From: Octopus bimaculoides
Taxonomy: Eukaryota
Reading direction: 5' to 3'
Length of the DNA: 64,000 nt
Assembly (NCBI RefSeq): GCF_001194135.2
Contig: NC_068988.1
Location: 34,600,600 to 34,664,599, forward strand
Part shown: positions 50,701 to 64,000 of the stretch, piece after piece
How positions within the stretch are numbered: position 1 is the stretch's first letter
How the letters are laid out: each line of letters opens with the position of its first letter
Position numbers and translations under genes: made by a program
Notes under the pieces: model-generated
What the model saw: only the letters and a program-made list of their open reading frames with translations
What the model was told of the DNA's origin: nothing
The model's database searches: none

Positions 50701-51614
50701 ATTTTATTTCATTTTACTTCATTTCTTCCTCCTTGTTCTTTTTACTTTTTTTCCCTCCCAATTAGTTACTTCTTTCACGTGCATAATTGAGAGATCATTG
50801 TCATTATTATTTTTATTCTCTCTCGTATTAATTAGTATTGTTATCATTGGCGAGAACTGTGATGTGGCAGAAAGACCTTTCGTTAAATTCATCCTTTACT
50901 TGGTTTCAATTATCGGTTTTAAGCCTCTTCTTAATTCGCTGCTCTAATGTTGCTAATAAATTTTGGAAAGGCATGAGCATTACAATTTCTCAGATTTATT
51001 AGATTATTATCATATCTTCAACAGGTTTATGCTAGTTCTTACTGCATCACCAGGTTTCCTTTCACAATTCTGATATATGCACAGCATTGTCTTTGTGAGA
51101 ATTTAGACCCGTGTTAGTATTATATAATACTACATCATTCATTTCTGCTTGTGGTATTTAGTTTGTTGTTTCTGGTCTTATTCTAATGTCTCTTCTGTGG
51201 TGTATATTATGTGCCACAAGAGCTAGGTAAAATAACATAACTCATTATTTTACTAGATGATGTATGTGTTTTATATGGGCAGTGTTTGGATGTCTTATAG
51301 CAATTCTGTACAATCGTTGTTTAGTTTCAGTATTGTGCTTTTCCTATTTTCTTTTCTTCAGTTGCAGTTTGTATAACATCCATGTTGTGTGAATTGTGTT
51401 ATTTTATTAATCAATGATTGTATATGCTATGTGTGTTGTATGCAGAGTGTGTATTGAGTTGTGCTATTGAATTGGAAGTGTCTTGCACAGGCTTCAGCTA
51501 GCTGGGTTATTTTTTAGACAGCATAAAATGGTATAAGCCCTAGTATGGTTTACAAGTTTTTGCATATTATCATCATTATCATTATTATTAATATTATCAT
51601 TATCATCATTATAG

Positions 51615-51830
51615 AAGTGAATTGGCAGAAGTGGGATAAAAAAAACAAAAAAAACTTTTATTTGTTCCAGCTCTTTACGTTCTGAGTTTAAATTTTGCCA
51701 AAGTCAGCTTTGACTTCCATCCCTCTAGGGTTGATAAAATAAAGTTCCAGTCAAGTACTAGGGTTAATGCTATCAACTAACTTCTTCCCCTAGAATCTGA
51801 TGACTTGTGCCTAAAGCAGAAATGATTATT
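51615..51830 (+). mobile_element. tRNA-derived SINE (gaattggcagaa family)
   Basis: tttacgttctgagtttaaattttgccaaagtcagctttgacttccatccctctagggttgataaaataaagttccagtcaagtactaggg. Confidence 0.75.
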
Positions 51831-53520
51831 GTTATCTTTAGGATAATGGATTGACAGAATCGAGTATAAGAAAAAAAAAAAAAAAAAAAAAGACTAAAAA
51901 AACAATGCTTTGCAGTATTTGTTCCAGTTTCTTTGTGTTTTAAATGCAAATCCTGCCATGTGTCACTTTGTTCTTCATCCTTTCAAGATCAATAAAATAA
52001 AGTACCAATGTGATTGCTGGCCTTGTGCTTATATCAGAAACTGTTGTCAATGGTTGATGGGCTGCTAAATTCGTTTAGTGTTAAAAAAGTAAAAAAAAAA
52101 AACACCATCATCTTTATAATTCTTGTAACATTCTCTCATCTGTCACCCATCACACTTGTGGTAAATATAGAAACAATTGTTGTTATGTTGTTGTTTTCAC
52201 TGAAATCTTGCCAGTGAAAATGTTGCTTGTCATCCTTTCAGAATCAATAAAATAAGCACCACCTATATAACATTAGAGGAGTGTGAGGGAAAAATAAAAA
52301 ATAAAAATAAAATTAATTGGCTCTAAGATGTTGTCTAGTTTGAGACACACATCGCTACATGAAAATGAAGCTTTCAGTGATAACCATTTACATTTGTGTA
52401 GTAATAGGTCTTGGACTAGACAGCATCTTAGAGCCTATCCTTCTCCAGGCTATTTACTATAATTAAATTTAAGTGACTAAAAATTGTATGTATAAAATAA
52501 AATTCACCCTCAAAATATATTTAAAAAAATCCACTCCTACCTACCCCAACTCATAGTGAAAACTTTGCTTTCTTGAAACTTTCCTTTGCTATAAAATGCA
52601 CGCGACTGAAGAAAGTAATATTTTAGATCTGAAGCACTCTTTAATTGCTTCTCTATCATTCTAAGCCTGAAGTGTTAGTTCCTCTGAAAACATCAAGTTG
52701 GTTACTCTCGCTTGATGCATTCAGTTCTACTCTTCATCACAATATTCCTATGATCTCTTTAGTTTGTTAATATTAGCTAAACCAGTGGAGCATTGGATAT
52801 AATGCCTTGTGATATTTGGTTATAACTCTTTATGAACAGAGTTCAAATTTCATGGAGTTCATCTTGGTAAGGTAAAAGTCAACTTCTAGTTTTGATATAG
52901 TGGACTATAATTCTGTCTCAAATTTTGTGCCCCTTTGCTTGTGTTAGAAAACAATATTTAATTTGAGTGGGGTAGAATAGAGGCAGTGAATATAACTAGA
53001 CTTGAGACTAATATGATAGCGATGTTCCCTCTTTAGCTCAAATATTAGTGGGTTGTTTGTTTGTTTGAGAAAGACTGAATAGGAAAGGAGTTCTAGAGGG
53101 AAAAATTTCTAGGGAAGAAAAGGACCATAAAAAAATATTTGGTGGTGTTTGATATGTGATAAACAGTATGGGCAATGAGAAAACAAAAACAGGATAGATG
53201 AGATGAAAGGACCTACTGTAGCTGTGTATACAGGGGACCAAGGGAAGATACAGTGTATTGGTGATCTAGTGATTAGACTTCCCCATATATATGAACAAGA
53301 ATTATAGATACGCTGTATATAGGCCCAACAGATATTGACAGCTTTTATATACTATGTTTCTGAAGAGAAAATCTAGCATTTCAAACACATTTTGAGCCAA
53401 ATTGCAGATACTTGAGCTCCCTGAAGGATCATTGAAATTTATGGGAAATAGCATTTGTGAAGACTTATGACTTTAGTTGTCCATTAGCAAGGGTACAGTG
53501 TGATGTATCGTTGATGTAAT

Positions 53521-53560
<40 letters not shown>

Positions 53561-53562
<2 letters not shown>

Positions 53563-53700
53563 CCTAGTGGTTAGGGTATTAGGTTTGTGATCACAAGATG
53601 GTGGGTTTAATTCCTGAAAGGAGACTTATTGTGTCCTTGAGCAAGGCACTTCATTTTTTATTGCTCTAATCTACTCAGATGAAAATAAAAGCCAGCTGAC
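53561..53700 (+). mobile_element. tRNA-derived CORE-like SINE head
   Basis: cctagtggttagggt A-box, gggtttaattcc B-box, ttgtgtccttgagcaaggcactt core. Confidence 0.75.
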
Positions 53701-53870
53701 TGTTAACGCGGCATCTCGTCCTCAGTGTTGCACTGGGTCAATTTTTGGAGGACCCAGAGTGTGTCTTTGACTGCTTGCAACTACATAGGTACCTGAAACA
53801 ATTAACAAAAAAATGGTACAAGCTGCCAGGTTGCACTTACTTTTGAGTGATAGCTCTCACTCACTTTCTT

Positions 53871-53918
<48 letters not shown>

Positions 53919-56332
53919 GTGTATGTATGCACATATATAATAAAGCGTAATGTGCTGTTTCCTTGCAATCCTGTACATAGAAGCTTGCCCAATTTCTCTC
54001 AGAGACTCCACCTCCTTGCTAACGATTTCTTGTAATTCAAACTGAATATTAAGTGTTAACCTCACTTGCTAACCTCTGTTTTTCCTGTTTGGGAAGTCCT
54101 AAATATAACTATATAGGTTATCAGCAATGCTCTTCAACTATAAGAGAACGAATAAACTGTAACAAAAAATATGAACTAAACAAACATCTCGTTCTGAAAA
54201 AAAAAAGCAAACAAATATTGTGAATATTGTAGAAGTACATGATAAAGACCTCAGAGGTAAAGGCCAAAAACCTGCTTTTGTTTGTGTGCGTGATTGTATG
54301 AGTGAGATGAATGTGTAGGCACTCCCTATGGTAGCCGGAAAAACATTAAGAATTACTAAAAGAACCCCAAAAAAACAAAAAATACAAACAAAAAGTACAT
54401 TGATGAAGCAAAACATTGAATAGAAACAACATGAATCCAAGCAAAATACTTAATCATTTCCAGGTCTCATACATTTGCAATAAGCATTGCAAAGGAAAAT
54501 GATAAAAAAAACCGACAGAAGCTGTGTACACCTCATGTGTATTCTACTATCATAGGACACTCTCTAAACAATAAATTATACACACTTGCAAATGCACACA
54601 CACACATACACACACGTGTGCACATGCATGCAGATAATCTCAGTTGTGTGCATGCATGCATATGCAGGCACACAAACACAAATGTATAAAACACAATGGC
54701 AACAAAACATTGTATGCACCTGAAGCACAAGGGAGTGTGCTTCAGGTGCTGGAGGTGGTGAAAAACTGTTCTAAAAGAAATAGTGATGATTGTTATGCTG
54801 CTGTTGCTAATAATAATAATGATAATTATAATAATAATGATGATGATAATGGTGATAATTGTTGTTGTTATTATCATAGAAGAAAATAGTGGAAAACAGA
54901 GCGAGATAGTGTGAAAGGATTGGCTGAATCGAAGAACAATTAATAAATTTGGTTTAAAGAGAACAAACATTGCTAACTGTAAATAACTCTGTTGAAAATG
55001 GTGAGCAGTTCGTTTGAAGGAGGAGATGGCGACATTGCAGTAGTTGTTGTACCGTTGAGTTGAAACTGTATAGTGCTTGTACAGGTGGGTATGGTATGGT
55101 GTGGTGGTAGCGCTTATGTCTATGGTGGGGTTTCACTAACTTTGATGGTGCTGGTTGAGGTAGAGAGTATTGCTGGTTTCCGTGATGGAGGAGTTGTAAA
55201 GATTATTGATTAGTGTGATACTACTGACTAACAAAGTCACTGGTTTCAATTCTGCATCAATGAAGCTCTCGCTTACGTTTGATCGATTTTTATTTTTTAT
55301 ATTGTTTTCTTTTTTTGTTCCTTATTTAAAATTTTTTTATTTTTGTTAAAGTATTTCTGTATTAATAGTAATGTAACTGTTGGTACATTAAGCAAGTTCG
55401 TATTGGTGTTGTGCAGTCTTGAGAAAAATTATCTTTTGTGGTTTCCAAGTTGTTGCCTGTTTTAAGTTTACTTATTATTCCTTTGAAAAAGACACTAATG
55501 TGACAAACTTCTATTTGTTTCTTTTTTTTTTTTTTCTCTCCTTCCTTTGTAACTCTGAATATATATGTCTATTGAAGAACGAGATTGTTTTTCTCCTTTG
55601 TTTACAACAGCTATTATTATTGTTATTATTATTATCATTATCATCATCATTATTATTATTATTATTATTATGTAAACTCATAAAACTACATAGTAGAGTG
55701 CAGTGGTCTTCATTCTTTTATTCACTTGTTTTGATTTTCAGTTTGTGGCCATACTGGTATATCATATTCAAAGCTAAGGGTAACTCCCTACATTAAGGAA
55801 ACATTGCATCCTTGGACAACATTCTTTTAAAGTGGAATTCTGTAGCATGAAACTTATGTTTCCATTGACTTTTATGTTATAATAACAAGGGAAGTATTGA
55901 GAAAATAGGTTTCTTCCTCCCTATGTGATGAAAGAGTAGCTTTCCTGAAAATTTTCATACCGTGTAGAACTCCATTACACAAAAACCTATTCTCCCATTG
56001 TCTTTTGTTTTTTTATAATTGTTAGCTATAAAAGAATGGGCAGGTATCCATGCCTGTTACAGAAGGGGCAGTGTCCATGCCTCTTTGAATAGTAAGACTG
56101 ATGCCATTAATGTTCTTCTTGAACATATGTAAAGTCAACACATTGTTAACAATGTACTTCACTAGTTTCTGCTATTTTCAGAGCCTGTGAAGGAGCTGCA
56201 CTGTTGTTGCTTGACTTGCTTGAATTAGCATATATGTCTCACTCAAATACGCACTCCCTCCACACACATACATGCACACTCTTTTGTCTTAAGGTTGGAC
56301 ACACACCCTAATGTCTTTAGGAAAGAAGACAC

Positions 56333-56348
56333 GTTAGGGTTAGGGTTA
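56333..56348 (+). repeat. Short (TTAGGG)n tract
   Basis: gttagggttagggtta; another ttagggttaggg occurs at ~57068. Confidence 0.7.
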
Positions 56349-57538
56349 ATCTCAGACTTTGAAAAATGAGATGGAATAGTCAGGGCTTGACCATCTTTGA
56401 TCACAGATCTAATCTGATCAGGGCTGACATGGGCCTAAACAGTAGCAATTTTATCATTAGTCTTCTTCAAAAGCTTCAAAATTGAGTACTCTTTTACAGA
56501 AGGTTTTGTTTGAAATTTTACAGTTCTTTACATAAAGAGGCTAAAATGCTCTCTGCTGGCATAATTGAGGTGTACCATTTAGAATTGAATCAGTGTTTAT
56601 TCCTGGTCCCTTTATATTGATGAAATTGACAGAAGGCAAAATATTTTCTTACTATTTGGAAAATTACATAATGCCTCTATTATTTGTTTAATCATCTTGT
56701 AATAAGCTATGGCCTGTTATTTTGCTACAAACTTATTGTAAACTTTTATTTGCCTAAAGTTTTAAAATCTAACATTGTCCTTCTTACTCACCTTTTCTTA
56801 TCTTTCTCTATAAACAAGGACTAAATGGCTATAATGTAAAAATAATATTTCTTCAAGGGAATGTAAACACTCAGAATACAGATTTAATATTTGTAAATAT
56901 TAATCATTATCTCTAGTTCAGTTATATATTATGTTGTCATTGCAATGACATTCCTTAATTTTTCACATTCAGTTTTGATGTCAGATAGTATTTTAGCTGT
57001 GTCCTCATGCACACAGCCATACCCATATACTCTCCCCCCCCACACACTTTTAAATATTAGAGGCTTTTTAGGGTTAGGGCTTAACACTGGTTTTGTGACA
57101 TCAAGGAGATTGTACATGAATATCTCATTAGATAGGACACCTGTTCATTACAGGTGTCTTCTATATACTACATATAGATCTTGATTACTGTGGCATATAT
57201 ATATTGTATTTTGGAAGTCTTCTCTTACTATCAGAACTTGTTAGAGCATTGACTGATAAAATAACAAGATTGATAGGATTGATAAAATAACTGATAAGTA
57301 CTGGGGGTGTGTTAACTCTAGTTTCCAACCCCAAAAATGTATAGCCTTGTGCTAATGCTTGATAATTAAAGCATGTACATTCTGGTTATCACTAAGGTAC
57401 TGGCATGTAGATAAGAAGTTAATTTCCACAAACAAGTGGTTTCATGTCCAGTCCTACTTCTCAAAAACTTAATGAGCTCTGGGCCAACTAATGTCTTGTT
57501 AATGAATTTGGTGAATAGAATCTGTGGAAATCTATTTA

Positions 57539-57604
<66 letters not shown>

Positions 57605-58893
57605 ATGTTGATGTCCTATAGTCTTAATTGAACAAAATATGTTTACATTCTTTAACATTATGAGCAGTCACCCTGAACTTTCAAAGATTTGTGGCTTAAG
57701 AAATAAATTTCCCTTACTTGAAAAACAGATTAGTGTTGGCAACACGCAGATCATCTGGCTGTGAAACATTGCATCAGATACATCCCCATTCAACACATGC
57801 AAGCATGGAAAAACAAACGTTAAACAAATGATAAATGGAATTAATTATTGTTTATGTTTCTATTGTTCCATCTTGGAGTTATGTGGATCAGTTTTTGTGT
57901 CTTCTATGCATTATACTCAGATTTCTGCTGTATCTACTCAAGTGTTTTCAAACAGTTCATATATGTAGGCTTTTGTTGTTTATTCATTTCTTCAGCAGTT
58001 GTTTTAATTTTATTGTTGTTTTTGCTATTTTGATGATGTTAGCATTATTCAAATGACATTATATTGGCTAATTCAACGACAATGAATTTGGGAGTGTTGT
58101 GCAAGTAGAATTTAACATTCTACATTTATATTTAAGAGCTCTGCTCAAATGCATAGCCTGATACCTGGGGCTAAATTTGATCTCTGGTCTTAAGTGTTAC
58201 CAGCTTAATACTATTATACTACAATATGTTGCTTCAAGTTTTGACATACAAAACAAGTAGATTTAAGTGGATCTAATGTAACTTAGGAACTGATTTAGTA
58301 ACTACAGTTAAAGAGGCAACAGAAGAAACATAAAGCTCAGTATAACTTGCCTACATCCCTTGTGTGTCAAGATTTGTCATATGATTCTAACCTCACATGG
58401 TGTGATGTGACAAAACGCGAGAGTATTACAGTGATGGCCATTCAGCAGTGGCGCCACCGTTACCGCCACCACTGCCACAACCACTACCACCACTGTCACT
58501 GTCTTTTACCTTTCCTGAAACTTGTTGGGTGCATTCATGTAAAGCACTGTTTAAGATGCAGTATCATTCAAGCATGGAAATTGGTGAGGAACTGCATGTG
58601 TGCATGCATGCATGCCTATATGCAAGCATGCATGCATGCATGGACCTGTATGCATTTAAGCATTTATGTGCATGTGTGTGTTTGCAGGAAAATAAAACAA
58701 AGTTGGTAACTGCGAAAATAATAATAAAAAGCAATAACATGAACATAGAAATGGAAGAATTTCAAAAGAAATTCCATAATTCACAACTGACTAATCTCTT
58801 TCTTAGCAGGGAATATCCTCATGTGGCATTCCATAATTTCCTGTAAATTTCTATTTTCAATTTTTCCTTCTTATTCTTTGCTGTAAGATAGCT

Positions 58894-58928
<35 letters not shown>

Positions 58929-58952
58929 GTAAAGTTGTGTGTGTATGTGTTT

Positions 58953-59716
58953 NNNNNNNNNNNNNNNNNNNNNNNNNNNNNNNNNNNNNNNNNNNNNNNN
59001 NNNNNNNNNNNNNNNNNNNNNNNNNNNNNNNNNNNNNNNNNNNNNNNNNNNNNNNNNNNNNNNNNNNNNNNNNNNNNNNNNNNNNNNNNNNNNNNNNNNN
59101 NNNNNNNNNNNNNNNNNNNNNNNNNNNNNNNNNNNNNNNNNNNNNNNNNNNNNNNNNNNNNNNNNNNNNNNNNNNNNNNNNNNNNNNNNNNNNNNNNNNN
59201 NNNNNNNNNNNNNNNNNNNNNNNNNNNNNNNNNNNNNNNNNNNNNNNNNNNNNNNNNNNNNNNNNNNNNNNNNNNNNNNNNNNNNNNNNNNNNNNNNNNN
59301 NNNNNNNNNNNNNNNNNNNNNNNNNNNNNNNNNNNNNNNNNNNNNNNNNNNNNNNNNNNNNNNNNNNNNNNNNNNNNNNNNNNNNNNNNNNNNNNNNNNN
59401 NNNNNNNNNNNNNNNNNNNNNNNNNNNNNNNNNNNNNNNNNNNNNNNNNNNNNNNNNNNNNNNNNNNNNNNNNNNNNNNNNNNNNNNNNNNNNNNNNNNN
59501 NNNNNNNNNNNNNNNNNNNNNNNNNNNNNNNNNNNNNNNNNNNNNNNNNNNNNNNNNNNNNNNNNNNNNNNNNNNNNNNNNNNNNNNNNNNNNNNNNNNN
59601 NNNNNNNNNNNNNNNNNNNNNNNNNNNNNNNNNNNNNNNNNNNNNNNNNNNNNNNNNNNNNNNNNNNNNNNNNNNNNNNNNNNNNNNNNNNNNNNNNNNN
59701 NNNNNNNNNNNNNNNN
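58953..59716. other. Assembly gap (largest of seven: 12843-13025, 21673-21682, 22694-22975, 29911-30151, 35346-35521, 42313-42363, 58953-59716)
   Basis: N runs, almost all flanked by microsatellites. Confidence 0.99.
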
Positions 59717-59870
59717 TCTCTCTCTCTAAATCACTCTCTCTCTCTAAATCACTCTCTCTCTCTAAATCACTCTCTCTCTCTCTAAATCACTCTCTCTCCC
59801 TCTCTAAATCACTCTCTCTCTCTCTAAGTCACTCTCCCTCTCTCTCTCTAAATCACTCTCTCTCTCTCTC
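59717..59870. repeat. Minisatellite with unit (CT)n-AAATCA, about 16-22 bp
   Basis: tctctctctaaatcac repeated about seven times with variable CT count; probably extends into the gap. Confidence 0.9.
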
Positions 59871-59989
59871 ACTGACTGACTGACTCACTCAACACAAACA
59901 CACCATATGTACATACGTACCCTTTCGCATAGATTCTCTCATTTTGTCTGGTGTCTTTTGCTCATTCCTTTCTCTCCTTTCTCTCTCTG

Positions 59990-60028
<39 letters not shown>

Positions 60029-62416
60029 GTTCCTCTGCCTCTCATGCATTACTCTTGTAAATTCAATAGACACATCCAATAAATTTACAGCTCACTTCAC
60101 ATTTTTGACACCTTCCCATCTTTCTCATCTCTGTCTCACTCTCTCAATCACACACACATTTTTACATATTGTCGCACAAATCCCTTACAGAATCCTAACA
60201 TTCCCCTCTGTTCCCCACTCTCTCTGTCTCACAAATTGATGCACTATATTACTCTACACACCTGCACTAAATACGCACTCAGCACGCACTTATGTATGTT
60301 CCCCCTCCCATCTTTCCGTGTATCCCCACTGATGTTTCCACTTAACCCACACTGGTTGATTCTATTTCCAAAGCAGAAGGCTAAGAGAGTATGGCCTACA
60401 AAATAGCTTCCTTTAAAAATAAATTTCCATTCATATCTAGCTAATATAGGATGTATGTGTGTGTGTGTGTGAGAGAGAGAGAGAAAGAGAGAGAGGGCTA
60501 CTTATTTTTTTCTGTGTGTTTTGGAAATATTCTTGTTGCTTTTGCTTTTATTGCGTATTTTTTCTTTATATTTGTTACTCCTAACATGTTTGTCAATACT
60601 AAAATATTTCTTTACATTCTCCTCAGTTATTATCTCTATGATGAAAATCACCATAATTTCATTGCTATCATCATCATCATCACCATCTTTGTCGGTAGCA
60701 GTAACATTGTTGTTATCAATGTCATCATACTTACATCATCATCATTGTCATCCTCATCGACACCACCACCAGTCATCATTGTTATCTTCATCATCACTTT
60801 GACCAAATAAATCTAAACTCAAGCCAGGACATAAATTTTTGATTCAACTGGAGTTTACTACCATCTGCTCAAGAGTAATAGTAACATCCTGCTATAGCAG
60901 GGTTCTATCAACTACCCAGTTCTCTTGGTCATTTCACCTACATCCAAACTATTAGCCAACCCGAGGCTGTGGCAAAAATCATTTGCACAAGGAACCATGT
61001 TGTAATATTGAACCCAGAGCCATTTTTACTGTGCCCATAAAATATGATCTTTGACAATATATTATAGCTCCTCAAACTCTTACATGGCCTAAAATAGAAC
61101 TAGGAATGTTTTAAGTATAGGGTTTCTTGGGCAGTAAGTCTTCATGTGGATGCTTGCCTTGTTAGAAATGTCAGGTAAATCTCCTTCAAAATGCTCACAA
61201 AGAAGCCCCCAAAACCACATGCATTATGTAATGCAGTTCTAGAATTGTTTTGTCAGAAAAAAAAAACAAAGACTGGCCTTGGCCAGATCACCCTTTATCA
61301 CGGGTATGTTCTATGGCTGCTGTCAAGTCCCAGCCTGAATGCCTGCAACAGAGTGAGTGCTGCTAAAAATACCCAAGGACCAAGTGGTGGTAGCAAACTG
61401 GGTGATGGATTAAGTCTACCATCCAACAACTCAGATTACAAAGAGCCAGACATGATTCACCATAAGGCATTCCTGTTTGGTTCTTCAGCAATACTATAAT
61501 CCACTGTCCTGGGCTGGTACTCTATACTATTGTCCCTGAAATTATGAAAGGCAAAAATGACCACAGCAGGAGTTGAACTCAAGGTGCATAGAGCCAGAAT
61601 TCATTTATTTTATACTCTGCCATATGAAATGCAGACATGTAATGATGATGATGATGATGGTGTTGCAGTGCATTTGTTTTAGCTGTTGATTAATGTTACT
61701 AATCTTATTTTGTTGATTTTGTGTTCATTCACACCATATTATTGTTGTTTGGCTGTCTGTTTATTTGTGATTTTATTTCTTTACTTTCTATGTTGTTTGT
61801 CGTTTTGTTTATTTAGTTTTCATGTTGTTGATCAGTACATTTACTTTTACATTAGTTTTGTTTAATGTTTGAGTTTACAAAAGAAAGAAAGAAAAATGTT
61901 GTGTTACCATTCTAACAAGTGTATGGTTTTTCCCTTATTGTATGTATATATATGTACGTAGCTGTTTCGATTAGTAGAGAAAAAGACTGTGTGGAGGATG
62001 TGAGTGTGTATAAAAGTTTTGTATTTCAACTTTTCCTTTAATGCTAGTTCTTTAACTTTACTAGCTTTCCTAATGGAAATATTTAGAGTTGGTAAAACTG
62101 GAAGCAAAAAGTGCAGCAAAAATAGTAAGGTAATAAATAAATAAATGAAATAGAAATAAAATGAAATAAATAAATATTGGAAGTGGTGATGTTGTTGGTG
62201 TTTTAAAGCATCAATCTTTACAAACAGCATCAACTGAAGCAGCAACTACAACAACAATGAAATTGCATAAGATAGCAAAAAGTAGCAAAGGCAACAAGAA
62301 TAACAACTACAACAAACAAGACAACACCAGCAGTTTAGACTAGAAGACAACCAAGTTCACCTAAGTGCAAGAGAATTATGTATATATAAATGTGTGTGTG
62401 TGTGTGTGTCTATCTA

Positions 62417-62545
<129 letters not shown>

Positions 62546-63078
62546 ACTCACACACTTGTTAATATACATATGTACGTAAAATTTTATGATACTTATGTAT
62601 GTCATCAAACAGTGATTTATAAAAATGTGGGTGATATATGAGATAGCACACATATGCATGTAAACAAACAGAGCATTTCAAGAAAGTAGGTCTCTATAGG
62701 TGTGTGAGTGTGTGTATACATAGCTATATAGATAAATGTAAGTAAATTGTTTGTGTATTGCCAAAGAAAATAAGTATATTTGTTCTATATAAATAAGTAG
62801 GTATACATACAATTCAAACTTATAAGAAATGCATGTAGTTGTTTATATATATATACATACACTCTATTACCTGTATATTTGGGGTAGGAAGTTTTATATA
62901 CTTGTGTATTTCTATATGTGAAGTTGGAAAATTTTGTGTTAATTTAATGCTAGGTAGCTACAAATTAAAATATTTCTTTTAATCTCAACATCTCTTCTTT
63001 ATATGAGAAAGAGAGGACTATGTAATATAAGTATGTACACATAAATATGACTAGAAATGTATGTGTGTGTGTGTGTGC

Positions 63079-63135
<57 letters not shown>

Positions 63136-63634
63136 AATGTGTGTGTGTCTATATATATATATATGTATGTATACAAATGTGTGTTTGTGTGTGTGTGTGT
63201 GTATGTGTGTGTACTTAGAATTGTATATATATGTGTGTATATATAGATATAGATAGATTGATAGATATTCTGCATGGTATCCCTATCATATTTGTATATA
63301 TATTTACTTATCAATCATGTCCACATATGCACAAACATCTTAACTATGTTTAGAAATATGCTTTTCCTTTCACTTAGAAACACATAAACATGTGAATACG
63401 TTACAGATGCGTGCCACACACACACACACGTATATATAATGTATACATCTATTTTGCACATAACTACATACACACACACACAAGGCACCACACATCTTCT
63501 TAGATATGCATGTGTGTAAGAAAGAAAGGTATGTGTGTGTGTGTGTGTGTGTGGTTATTCTTTCACTAACACAGTTATCACAACCATACACCACACACAT
63601 TTGTACTCCTCACAATCTCAAACGTAGATTAAGT

Positions 63635-63678
<44 letters not shown>

Positions 63679-63969
63679 CTCCTCACATTAGATTTTCTCT
63701 TTCTTGTTCTACCAATATTTTTTTTAACCCCTGGCAAATAAATAAATGCTTGCACTAACTCACACCATAAGTTCTCTTGTTGGATCTAACTAATGTGGTT
63801 TTGGCCACGCTATAGCAACGCTACAACTTATTTGAAGTATCTTGCTGATTATTTTTTCTTCTATATGTTTCAATTAGAAGTTCTATTATATTGTTTTAGC
63901 CTATTTTCATGCACACACTACACATGCGTGCACACACACACGCACACGTGATTCTTCTGATCTTGTAGC

Positions 63970-64000
63970 ATACTTATTTTATTATTATATTTTTTCCAGA
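63970..64000 (+). other. Candidate 3' splice acceptor at the window end
   Basis: tacttattttattattatattttttccag|a, with AG at 63998-63999; any exon would lie outside the window. Confidence 0.35.

Noticed and set aside
59717-59870. Regularly spaced repeats suggesting a CRISPR-like array
   Set aside because: The spacers are only variable (CT)n, not unique sequences, and the context is eukaryotic with no cas genes.
58893-59883. 278-314 aa ORFs
   Set aside because: Almost entirely N gap plus minisatellite.

Overview
AT-rich, microsatellite-saturated eukaryotic DNA with seven N gaps. The tRNA-derived CORE-like SINE families match my recollection of Octopus repeats, so the source is probably an octopus genome (inference). 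None of the listed ORFs is a recognisable protein gene; most are translations of (CA)n, (TA)n, (GA)n or trinucleotide repeats or run through gaps. The window reads as intronic or intergenic sequence with dozens of SINE copies, decayed LINE fragments (Tx1/L1-like and RTE), a TTAA-flanked MITE and a possible Helitron-type remnant. The best leads are: (1) a candidate recursive splice site on the + strand (long pyrimidine tract, then CAG|GTAAGT at 19751/19752) with a downstream GTGAGT donor defining a 98-nt exon closed in all frames; (2) a 203-bp copy of nearby DNA inserted inside a SINE tRNA head; (3) long fold-back structures at 9842-10415. Several candidate small exons occur on both strands, but I cannot assign a gene or the transcribed strand.
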